In this document: positions 50,501 to 61,732 of the stretch, one piece after another
How the letters are laid out: each line of letters begins with the position of its first letter
Position numbering within the stretch: position 1 is the first letter of the stretch
NCBI GenBank assembly: GCA_020891255.1
Contig: BQFW01000004.1
Span: 1,240,001-1,304,000, forward strand
DNA length: 64,000 nucleotides
Direction: 5' to 3'
DNA from: Entomortierella parvispora E1425
Lineage: Eukaryota; Fungi; Mortierellomycota
Notes under the pieces: generated by a model
The model's input: the letters and a program-made list of their open reading frames with translations, nothing else
Told to the model about the DNA's origin: nothing
Database searches by the model: none
Program-made: the position numbers and the translations under genes

Positions 50501-51292
50501 CTACTTGGGGACTGGGTAAGGAGCTGCAGGGGCTGGCACTGCGCCACCGTATGCGGCTTGGGGCTGTCCTGGAGCAGGGCTGTAGGGTGCAGAGGAATAG
50601 ACTGTGGCTGGAGGGGCGGCAGAGTAGGCGGGCGATGCACCAGAGTAGGCGGGCGAAGCGCTGCCGGCAGTTGGCGTCTGTGGTGGGGGGTAAGGAGAGT
50701 ACGCGGTAGGAGGGGCCTCCATTGGAGGGGAGTAGAGTGGCTTCTCCGTCGAATAGGGAGCAGCGCCAGGGGCAGGCGCGATGTATGGCGCAGGCGCGTA
50801 CGGATCAGCAGGAGGAGCGTAGCCTTGGCCGGGAGGAGGGTAGGCAGTTGGCGGTTGGTAGGCCATGTTCGGGTCGCCCTGTGGAGGAGCGTACTGCTGA
50901 GGCTGGTAATATTGAGGCTGGTAATATTGAGGCTGGTTAGGATCAAAGGGCTGTTGGCCTAGAACAACGGGGGTAGTGGTCGCAATCGTTGTCGAGGACA
51001 TGGCAGCTCGGTTGCGACGGCGTTTCAAGATCCAAAGGATGATGATGAGCAGGGCTAGGACGCCAAAGACAGCTGTCCAAGCATAGTTGGTATTCTTCCT
51101 GCACAGAGTTGTACTGATGCAATGATAGCCGTTAGGGCAATAATAGGAGCTGCCGTTGCAATAGTCAATTCGCTTCTCCAGCACGGAGCGCTTTTGGAGA
51201 GGCGAGGCTGGAGATGTGTAGGCGATAGCCTGAATGGTCTCGGCCGCCCCACCGAAGAGGTACGACCTGACGGAATTGACAGTGATGGCCAT
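50501..51292 (-). CDS. Single-pass membrane protein with small Cys-rich ectodomain and Pro/Tyr-rich tail
   Basis: CxxxxxxCxxxxxC cluster, TM helix, QPQYY/PPxY repeats. Confidence 0.75.
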   Translation of the reverse strand: MAITVNSVRSYLFGGAAETIQAIAYTSPASPLQKRSVLEKRIDYCNGSSYYCPNGYHCISTTLCRKNTNYAWTAVFGVLALLIIILWILKRRRNRAAMSSTTIATTTPVVLGQQPFDPNQPQYYQPQYYQPQQYAPPQGDPNMAYQPPTAYPPPGQGYAPPADPYAPAPYIAPAPGAAPYSTEKPLYSPPMEAPPTAYSPYPPPQTPTAGSASPAYSGASPAYSAAPPATVYSSAPYSPAPGQPQAAYGGAVPAPAAPYPVPK

Positions 51293-51447
51293 GCTAGGGA
51301 ATGGAGGGAATGAGGACGAAGGATAAAGAAAGAAAGAAGAAGGTCGGCCAAGAAGGCACAGACAAATGGAAGAAATGGAAGGGACCGATGGCGGTCACAT
51401 TTTTTCTTTTATTTTTTGGCAGCGGCGGCTGTCGTTTAGGTTGATGT

Positions 51448-52976
51448 TCACAGCTCTGGCACATTGCGCAGTGAGTTGTTGGAGGACACTAGTCCAAGGT
51501 AGTCTTCCACCGTGGTTGCACACTCGAGATCACCAATATGGCTGGCAAACATCCGATCGTAGATGATGTCCGCCTCTGCCGTCTATATAGTAAAAAGAAA
51601 AAGCCAGCTGCGCATCAGTACTGATCTGGTCAAAGTGTCCACATAACCTGTACTTAGAAAAGGAATCTAGAATAGCATACCTCAGCGTCAAAGTACTCAA
51701 GCTTGGTCCAATTCTCTTCCTCAGCAAGTCGCGCCTTATTCGGTCCAGTCGTTCTCCGTGCTTCAGAATCGGCTGCACTCCTCACTTGCACCTAGCGAAC
51801 CAAAATAAGCAGAGTCAGTGCCATTTCTCCATAATTCTAACGATCCAAGAAGATAGCATCCAAGTGCGTTATACCTGCAGGGCTTTTGCCTTCGCAGCAT
51901 CCTCCGCCTTTGTCTTCTGCTGCATTTCCTTGTTGTCTTCTTCAGAAACTTTACGAGTTGCCTGCTTCTTCTTTTCATCAATTTTATCCAAATACTTGAA
52001 ACTGGGGCGAAGTTGTACAGCACCATGAAATGGTGTCAAGTGCAGTTCATCTAAATCATGCAATTGGGCAACAGGATGTATCAGCAGCAAGAATAATCTC
52101 CCTGAGGAAGCGCAACTACCATTCACCAGAATACATACCCTTGCGGAGAACTCCTGCCAAATAGTTTGTTGCATTTGGGATCAAAGAAGAAACCAATGTT
52201 TGTTTGTCTAACAGTTCTCGCTCTTCCTCATCGTCCAGCTCGCCATCGAATGCTGTTCTGAGAGCCTTGTCATTCATGCCCAGCGCCAACTCCTCTCCTC
52301 GTTCCCTGTTATATTCTTGAGCGTTGGTGTCGATAGGAAGCTCCAATTCAATCAACTGCGACAACGGCTTAATCCTTGCTTTGCTGGGTCCGTGGCCATG
52401 GGCGTATGGTAGAGCCGCGGCGCGGACAGGATATTGAAAGAGGTAAAGATACTTGGCAAGGCCCTGAGACAAATAGACCGGAATTTCTTTCACAAGTTCG
52501 TCGCCTTCGTCCGCATAGTCAGGGTCCTTGTCGCGCTCTTCATCCCCTTCCATGGTCTGGTCTTGGTCCATGTCCATTGATCCGTCTCCAGAATATGTGG
52601 GCGAGCTGGGGCTGTCCTCCAGAGTCAAATCCTCCATCTTTGCACTGTGCTTGGTCTCTGTGTTCTTCTCGGCTGTGAGGTCAGCATGGTCAAATTTCTC
52701 CCCGTCCTTATCCTGGGGAGTTCCCAATGATGAGGATGTAGATCCAACGGCCAGTACATCGTGCTTGACGACTGGCCTGGCCCTGTTAAGTTTCTCTTCC
52801 TCAAGGCGCTCTTGCATCTGAAGCTCGTCCTCCATGATTTCGCTTTCATCGCCCACGCCGTCCTCCTGCATGTCGACATCATTGTCGGATCCTTCGCCAT
52901 CGACCGGTTCCACCACTCTTTTGCGAGAGCGAGCTGTTGCTGCTATCTTTGGCTTAAACGAGATCTTCGGCGGCAT
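51448..52976 (-). CDS. RPC37: RNA polymerase III subunit Rpc37/Sin-like (multi-exon)
   Basis: EIPVYLSQ..LYLFQYPVR, NYLAGV, LHLTP..AVQLRPSFKYLD. Confidence 0.85.
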
Positions 52977-53158
52977 GGCTTCTGTGTGTGGTATATGAAG
53001 AATGAGAGGTGGTTGGCCGAGCTGCGTTTCTTTTAGAAGGTGCCTCCAGCTTTAGCAGCTGCTAAGCCACAATAAAAAACACCACTCATTCAACCTCATG
53101 ATGCCTCTGCCCTTGCAGCATCTCTTCTGTCGCCAAGCATCACCCTCGACAGCATTCG

Positions 53159-55531
53159 ATGGACCCTTACAGCGGTATGTTGGCACTCAGGATAGAACCA
53201 ACAGAAAAAGATTCGCAACTCTTGTCTCGTAGCCCCTGCTGTCAAAAGTCGCATTCTCCTCGCAGGAGCGCGTCATTAACTCAGCCTTCATTGCTGTTCG
53301 CGTTTGTCTCTTCTATTCACTCTCTCACTTAGACAGTGACCCCGCGTTCGCAGCCACGCCACTCGAGTCTCCAACCGCGATCCCCACTTTTAGGAATTGC
53401 CCAAAAGTGCGTTTCCAGCCACCTGGAGGTCAGAGAGGCTCACAACAACGTGGAGGGCCGCCATTCCAGATAGGAGGTCACCAACAAGGGCCACTCCGTT
53501 ATGACCCAAACCATGGCCTCCAACATCAGGTTCACGTGCCACACAACTCATTTCAACAACAGCAATACCCGTCCTCAGCGAGGCCATCGGTACCGCCAAA
53601 TCAACAGCTGATGAGGCCAATGATCCCTCCTATCGAGTTTTTGGATCAACATCTGGACGTTTTCCAAGCGTCGTCTTATGATCTCCCAGAGGACTGCTTC
53701 GTCATAAAATCTGGCCCCCCTGAAAAGGCAGACCTGGACCTTTTCTGTGTCAAGGGAATCGTGGACGGCCTTCTTGAAAACAAGGTAACATTGTCGTGCT
53801 TCGGATACATTTTGCCACGGTGCTCACGCTGACAGCAATACTTCTTTCTAGCGAAAGTTGCGTGCGGTGCCACAGGAAATGTTTGGCCGCGCACGACAAC
53901 GCTGCAATCCGTACGAGTTGGTGGGTTCTTCCATTTTCATGAACAGGGCTTCGGTAAAGCTTGCCAGCATTGATTCTCAGCTGGCCTTAACGGCTACGAA
54001 GGAGTTCCCGGATGGCAGTTCAGGAGACGAGGAAGAAGCCAGGATTTTTCGATTTGCAGATCTGTGTTCAGGACCTGGAGGATTTTCAGAGTACTTACTT
54101 TGGCGAAAACATACCTGGGGTGAGCGCGCTAAGGGCTGGGCTATGACCTTGAAGAATGACTTGGATTTTCAGTTGGAAAAATTTCATAAGGATACTTTGG
54201 TGAACGAGGCATTGAAGGTCTATTATGGCGCGGATGGAACTGGTGACATCTTGAACCAAGCCAATATTGATGCTTTTGCAGCGATGGTGGAACAGGATAC
54301 AGGAGGACTAGGGGTTTCCCTGGTTTCTGCAGACGGGGTAAGTTTCTCCCCTCCTTTTTTTTTTTTTTTTTTTGTGAATCTCAGTATTGTTTAGTCGATG
54401 ATTAAGATGACTACTTATAATGCCAAAATGATCTCTCTCAAACAGGGTATATCTGTGGACGGCGATGAAGCTGTGCAAGAAACTATCCTTCAGCGATTGA
54501 TTCTGTGCCAGATCCTCACAATGTTTATGAATCTGCAGAGAGGAGGTGACTTTGTGGTGAAAATTTTCGACATTTTTACACCTGTGACGGCGGGTCTTGT
54601 CTGGATCTTGTCTAGACATTTTGAAAAGATTTGCGTAGTCAAGCCATTGACAAGTCGGCCCATGAACTCTGAGCGCTATGTAGTGTGTCGACATCTACTG
54701 CAGCGTAAACCAGCCCGAGTGATTGACCATTTGCGGAAAGTAAATGCCACGTACCAGGAATTGGCTGACAAGGCCAAGGCTCAACAAGAAGTCGAGAGCG
54801 AAACGCAAGACATCTCTGAGGAAAAGAGCGCATCAGATGCTGCTGCAACCCCTCCACTTTCAACCTCGACGCCTACATCGACTGGATCGAGCGTGCCCAA
54901 GACTGTGACGCTAAAGCTTGCGCCAGTAGCTACCATTGGAGCAGGGCTCAAGGATGAGGATATCAACCATCTTGTCAACCCTAGGGCGATCGCAGAGGAT
55001 CAACACTTTATGGAGTACATCAAACGCAATAACATGAAGACGGCGATCCGCCAAACTGAAGCTTTAGATGTATTCCTGAAGTATGTGAACGAAGGACTTC
55101 GCCCAGCGTTTGATCAGGAAGCCATCAAAAAGCTCTGTCTTCAAGAGTGGCATATTCCACCAAGGCCTATGCCAGTACATGCACACCAGCACCAACATCA
55201 ACATCAACATCAACACCCAGCTCCCCACCATCAATACCCTCATCATCCGCACCAGTACCACCACCCTCACCAGCAACAACGGCCGCCGCATCAGCAGCAC
55301 CACAATCAGCCACCTCATGGATATGGAGGTCATGCTCAATCGAGACACCCACAGCCACATCCATATCAGCACCAGCAACAGCCACAGCACCCCCCTGGCC
55401 GACACCACCCCTACAGCCAAGCTCCGCCTCCTCAGCACCATCAAGCTAGCCTCCGCCGACCCTCCGGAGGCAAAGCCGCGCCCGGGCTGCTTGACTCGAT
55501 CTTGAACAACATGCAGCAACCACCGAAATAA
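53159..55531 (+). CDS. Cap1-type mRNA 2'-O-methyltransferase, CMTR1-like FtsJ family (multi-exon)
   Basis: RCNPYE..FMNRASVKLA, FADLCSGPGGFSEY, SADG, GGDFVVKIFD, SRPMNSERYVVC (K-D-K-E tetrad); His/Gln/Pro tail. Confidence 0.85.
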
Positions 55532-55739
55532 AGCAGCACGTGACCTATTTTTCATTCAGTCAAGAAGAGAAGAAACTGTCCATTTGTTCATCCGTTCTGC
55601 ACTCATCATCTCGAGTTTTCCCCTGTTTCCCGACCCAACATCGTCCGCGCGCTCTGTCCATCTCCCTCTCGGCACGATCCCCTTGCTCTTCATCTCCTCT
55701 TTGCCGGGAACTCCGTTAGCGTACTCATCTGCCAGCATC

Positions 55740-57112
55740 ATGATGGGAATCTTCTCCAGGAAGACCATCTTCCTTACCCTAGCTCTGGCTATGGTCGCGC
55801 TTTTCTCGACCGTGTCCACGGGACAGGCCCAGCCCATGACGCCAGAGGCCCTTCTCGGAAAGAAAGTAGCGCGTCTGCAGGCAAAGGCCACCAAAGGCAA
55901 AGGCCTGATCGAACTTGATACTGTCGCGTTCGAGGAAGTGTTGGCGATGCCCCGTAACTATTCCATGGTGGTGCTCTTCACCGCCATCAGCCCCGAGTTC
56001 AACTGCATCCCTTGTTTGTAAGAATGCGCTTGACCCCAAGATGAGAGGATGAGAAGGGAGAGAAAGAAAAGTCGTTACTGTGGTTGAGCGGTCAGTCCAA
56101 CTCATTTGATATCCCTTTTGATCGTCCTTAGGAATTTCGACCCTGAATACCGTCTGGTGGCTTCTGGCTGGTCCAAGCAAACCGACAAGACCCGACTGTT
56201 CTTTGGTTCGCTTGACTTCAAGGTTGGCCAGACTGTCTTTCAAAAGTTTGGCATGAACAGTGCCCCCTCTGCCCTTTACTTCCCACCCTCTGGAGCTCCG
56301 TCCTCCCAGCCATCATTGGATCGTTATGACTTCCAAAAGAGGTAAGGCAGAGAAATGACCGTTTCTGCCCTGAATAATCTTCGAAAAAAAGAGAAAAAAA
56401 GCATCAGGGGTAAGGGGGTTTCTTTGCTATGCTGACTTAATTTTCTGATCGCCATTACGTGTTTTGCTTCCGTAGTGGATTCCAAGCCGAAGAGTTTGCA
56501 AAGTGGCTCAATTCTCGAGCTGAAACCGACATTAAGGTCAAGCGTCCTTTCGACTTTATTGGGGCTGCCATCAACATCCTGGGGGTGGCTGGCGCTCTCT
56601 TCTCGGCCGTCATGATGTATCAGAAAGCTGGCAAGATCTTTGGCAGTCGTTACCTCTGGTCGGCCTTGTCCTTGGTAAGCACGCTAATACAGGATAATGC
56701 CTCACTCCCCATGTCTGCAATCAGTAATTTTCATGCGTAAATTTCTTTCTCTTAATATCATTACTTTGTGGGTAAATAGTTCACTATCTTTGTCATGATC
56801 TCTGGACACATGTGGAACCAAATTCGCCGACCTCCATATACTATCCCAGGACGTGGTGGTCAGCCAGGATTCATTGCGCAGGGATTCCAAAACCAGCTTG
56901 GATTGGAGACTCAGATTGTGGCTGTTATGTACGCCCTGCTGTGCGGAAGCGTGATTGCTCTGTTGGGAATTGTTCCCCGAATTGAGGACCCTTCTAAACA
57001 GCGTATTGCTGTCTGGGTGTCAATGGGCCTTTTCTCGCTCATGTTCAGTGTCTTGATCCAGTTCTTCAAGGTCAAGAACCCTGGCTATCCTTTCCAGCTC
57101 CTCTTTAGGTAG
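55740..57112 (+). CDS. OST3/OST6: Oligosaccharyltransferase subunit of the OST3/OST6 (MAGT1) family
   Basis: Signal peptide, thioredoxin-like CxxC (CIPC), SGHMWNQIR, QNQLGLETQIV, KNPGYPF. Confidence 0.92.
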
Positions 57113-57162
57113 ACATCTTTCAAATTATAAATCGCTCAGTTTATTATGTCTGAAATTTTTTG

Positions 57163-58882
57163 TTACAGAAACTGAAGTTCATCTGAAGGTGAAGGTGCCC
57201 GAGCGCCGGCAGCGGCTACACTCCTGTTTGATCGAAGACTGGATTGATTCCGGATAGAGTGAACACTGACAGGTCGAGATCGGGAGAGAGAGCCTGGTCT
57301 CGATACTACCGGGCTTGCATGTTCAATAGAAGGGGATGCAGCAAGACGGGAAGGATCACCGGATGTGGCGGGCAGAGTCATCTCCACGGCAAGGGTATTT
57401 TCTTCTGGCTCCAGTGGGTCTGAAGATGGGATGCCCTGTGGCTGCCGTGGAACAAGGACTTCATCTTGGTCTATAGCTGTCGGGCGATTGTATCTGGCAT
57501 GCTCCAGGTGCCGCTGTGAGTTCAGTGCAGTCATTGGGACCATGGAAGAGGCAACAAAGGACTGATCTGACACAGGTCTTGGCATCCCGCTGTTTGGAGT
57601 CTCATCAGCAAAGTCCGGATCCACTTGGTCTCGAAGTCCCACCAAGGCCGCATTCTCATCGTCCTGGCTCCATTGTGCAAACTGAGCACCTGTCGCGCCA
57701 GAGTGTTCAGAGGCCGATTGGTAACTGTATCGATCGGAATTTCCTCCACCAAAGAGACCTGACATGACGGGCGGAGTGTACCTCAAAGAAGGCTGAGAGG
57801 TAATCGGGCGATTAACATCATAAATATCCCCATCCATTCCGGCGCCTGCCCTTGCAGAGGCAGATTCCTGGTTCGAGGTCATCATCGAAGAATCATCCAT
57901 GGACAGCGCCAAGAAACTCAGAGGCCTCTTTGAATCGAAGCGGCGATGCTTTCGGAACCGGAAAAAGAAAAAGACACCAGCTCCGATAAGCGCGCCCAAA
58001 CCAAGGACCGTGCCCAAGACAATGGGTAGCACTGGCGGGCCAGAGCTACTGGGAGCGGTCCCATGAGTCGGAGAACTGGTGGGGTTAGATATGCTGCCAG
58101 ATGGGTGGTCGGTTACAGTACTGCCTGGGATGTTTGATGCAGGCGGCCTTGGCGATAAAGTGTGTGTGCTACGTCCAGGATCGGGTGTCGGAGACTCTTC
58201 GGGAGAAGACGTGGTCGTCTCGGTTGGTTCAGGCTGAGTGGTGGTAACCACAGGAGGGCGGGTTGGCTCTGTGGTAGTAAGCGCTGGCGGTTTCGTAGTG
58301 GTGGTTGATGGAGGTTCGACTGTTGTCTGAGGAGGTGGATTGTCTGTGGTTGCGGGGGGTTCAGCTGTAGACTGAGGAGGAGGATTCTCTGTAGACGAAG
58401 GTGGTGGCAACAGAGGAGTGGGGCCGTCTGAGAGACCAGCGACGACGACGCCCGGGGACAATGGATTCGGTGGGGCACGCTTGACAAGTTGAAGACTCGG
58501 ATGGTAATTCTGTATCAGGTGAGAGAGGAGTGATCTGTCAGTGAGCACAAACGTGCATGTTTTTGTTGGGTTGCACGCGACAACAGCAAAGAGACCAAGC
58601 AACAGCAAAGCAAAAGCAAGCCGCGAAAAAGAGGTTGGCAATGTCTGTGCGGAAGGAGGGTCGATTGTGAAGAGTTGATATGCATACCCGTTTGTCGTGG
58701 AGTAATGGTTCCTGGAGATTTTCATAGGTCTCTGGCCTGGGCTGTTGAATGTCCCGGGAAATTGCATTATGGACAGGACCGATAGGACGGACAGGCGAGG
58801 CCAAGGCTACTGTTAAGAGCAGGACTGTGGCCAGGAGAGGGATAAACCGCACCCGTGGCGTAGACGCAGGGAAGGCAGGCAT
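57163..58882 (-). CDS. Signal peptide, Ser/Thr/Pro-rich single-pass surface protein (Mid2/WSC-like architecture)
   Basis: Exon 1 MPAFPAS..LLATVLLLTVALA; PT-rich stalk; TM VLPIVLGTVLGLGALIGAGVFFFF. Confidence 0.7.
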
Positions 58883-59361
58883 GTTTGAAGCTGCGATGGA
58901 AGGGGCCCTTGGAGGCGGAGCAAACGGCGGACGAAAGGAAGACGGAAAAAAGAAAGGAAAGAGGAAGAAAAAGAAGAAAAAGAAAAGTGAGCACTGATGA
59001 GAGAAATAAAAGATGGATCAGAATGAACTGAACCAGATGAAGAAGAGGAACGATGGATGCATGGATCAGTCAGTCAACAGAAGAAAAAAAAAATAAAAAA
59101 AAAAAAGGAAGAAAACACCCAAAAGCAAGAGCACCGCCCACAGCCCGCCTGGCGCTTCATGTGTCGTGTCAAGGATTCACACACACGCGCACCTGCGCAG
59201 GGGGAGGTTCTGATCCATGTCCTCGGCGCTATTTTTAGCAACACGGCGGCTATTTTGGATGCAGCGAACTACGACGGAAAGGGAAGGGTTCAATGGTTTA
59301 CAACTCTGCACCCGCGTCTGGTCTGTCCAGCTGGAGCATGCCGGGAAACTTTATATCTTCG

Positions 59362-61532
59362 TTATAATAGTCCATCGCCCTCGAGTCCCTCCAGGAACGC
59401 GTCGTACTCGGCCTTCTTCTTTGCTGCCCGATCTACCGCCACCTCTGGCGCAGAATTGACAACAATTTGACGGGGTCCTGAATTCAAGGTTGGCACGTTT
59501 GGTGCAATGTTGATCTTGGGAAGCAAAAGTCCAAGGCTACTCTCGCGTCGACCATCGTCTCCTGAGGCTCTATCGTCGGTGTTACTATGACTGGGCATGG
59601 AACCTGAGCTTGATTCATCGTCTGCTACAACTGGGGCAGCATTGACAGGTCGTCCGATCTTGCCCTTTTGTGCAACTCGCTTGCGCATAATAGTGGATGG
59701 AACCAGGTGAACAAGTTCCTTTTGCAGGTTTCGAAGTTGGGGCTCTGCAGATATACTGGTCGGACCTGCCGCAACAACGGGTTTAGGGGTGACGGCTGGA
59801 ACAATTGTTGCTGGTTTTGGTGGCAATGGATGCGTTGCTGAGACAGCGCTTGATTCTCCTTCGACCACACTCTCCTCAGCATTGCGTTTCTTATTGAGCT
59901 CTTTTTCATCCGGTGGCAGATGTCCTGTCATGGGATCGCTTTGTGGGTTTGATGACCGCTGAGGTTTAACAAAACGCGAAGGAGGAGGGCGTGAGGCGCG
60001 AGGATTCATTCCAGGAGGAGGATGGTCCTCGTGTACATGGCCTTCTCCCAAATATGCCCGACTTTGATATCCACCTTCCGGATGTTGTCCATAAAAGGGG
60101 GGAGACCCTCCATAGCCACTGGGAGCCCCAGGGTTGCTGTTCCAGATACCAGGAGAGGAGCCATATCCTTGCTGCCAATAACCTAAAGGATATCCCTGTG
60201 CAGGAGGCGGTCGTTGGTAGTTCATTGGATGGTCTGAGAGAAATTAAAAGATTCTGGGCAATTAGTCGATTGGTTTGAAAAAAGGCTGTAAGAATACTTG
60301 TAATAGTTCAGTGTTCATACCATAGCCGGGGGGTCCATGCATTCCCCGCATATATGTTGGTGGATAATGTGACCCTTGTATGAGCAGCGGTTGCTGTTGT
60401 TGTTGGCTCTGTATCCGTGGTTGGATGACTGGTGCGGGTATTGAAGGTGCCAGATGCCTTTGCTGTACATCTTTTGATGGTGCAGGTCCCTCTGGTAAAG
60501 GTGGCATAAAGTCCTCGTCCTCATCTCCTAAATCAGAATCAGAAGCGTCTGAATCCAAGTCTGAATCTGAGCTCGAGTCCGAGTCACTAGAGTCAGATAC
60601 ATCCTCCTGTTCTGCCCCCGATCCTGAAGGAGGTTGTTGCAATGGTGTAGCCACTCCTGGAGGATATTCCTGATTAAACGGAACCTCAGGTGCTATGGTG
60701 TATTATCAAGAGTAATATTAGATAATCAGAGGCCTAACGGTCGTGACCGTCAAGTGTTATTCAACTCTTTGATATGCTTACGATATTCGAGATATGGCTG
60801 TCCGGGGGGTGGGGCCCCATATGGATTCAAAACAGGGTCATAATAAATTGATCGCGTAGGGTCTCTTGCAGGTTCGGTAATCGGAGCAGGCTTCTCTGGC
60901 TCAATCTTTTTGCTGTATGCAAAATCAAGGCATGAAATAGGATGATTGATAAAAAAGAGGGGAGGGGTGGGGGAAAGAAATGTAGAGATGAGTTTTATAT
61001 CCAACGAATCGAAGAATACAAAGGAGACAAACAAGCAAACCCCTTACGATTTGATTTTGATACCATGCGCCTTCTTGATCTCGATGATCTTGGCCATCCT
61101 TTCCCTTAACTCTGCTAACTTCTTGATGCCATCTTTGTCAAGTCGTCCGTTTTTTTCAAGTTCCTCGTACTGTGCCAGCTCAACCTCGGTTGTAGTATCC
61201 TTGATCGCGCTTCCAAGCTCGCGGACTTTTTTACGATCTTGCTTGTTCTGCAGGAGAGTTGGTCAAAATAGAGTGGTTGTCAGTGGATGAGATGTTCAGA
61301 TATGAAATGGTAAAGACAGAGTATGAGAGTAGAGGAATAGGGAAGAGAGAGGCTTCTGTACCTTCTTGATCTCCTTCTTGTGCTGCTCTTTGCCTAAAGG
61401 TGTTAAGAAGGAAGAATTAAACAGCTAGATTCCAGGGTTGCCAATGAGAGTCTTTTCGAAGCGAGTCTGAGAGCAGGCAGACGTACGGTACTGGTCCGCA
61501 GGATTCAGGTTCCTTCCAGTTTTCCGTCCCAT
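59362..61532 (-). CDS. WBP11: WW-domain-binding protein 11-like splicing factor (multi-exon)
   Basis: MGRKTGRNLNPADQYRKEQHKKEIKK; SIYYDPVLNPYGAPPPGQP; Pro-rich; ISAEPQLRNLQKE. Confidence 0.8.
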
Positions 61533-61732
61533 TGGAGTGAATGAGTAGGTGAAGGAAGAAGCGAGAGGAGGAAGGAAGGAAGGCAGGATGAGGTTGACAG
61601 CAATGAGCTTTATGCCCACATTCCATCACGTGACCGGGCTTGGGGGGGATCAGCGCTGTGAAATGATTCACAGGTGTGCAATATTTCAGTGGACTCCCAA
61701 GGGGCGCTTTATTTGTCCAGGAGTTTGTGACT

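Noticed and set aside
55160-55445. CAC/CAG/CAT-rich repeats (and the Pro/Tyr repeats at 50600-50940)
   Set aside because: In-frame low-complexity coding sequence, not independent repeat elements
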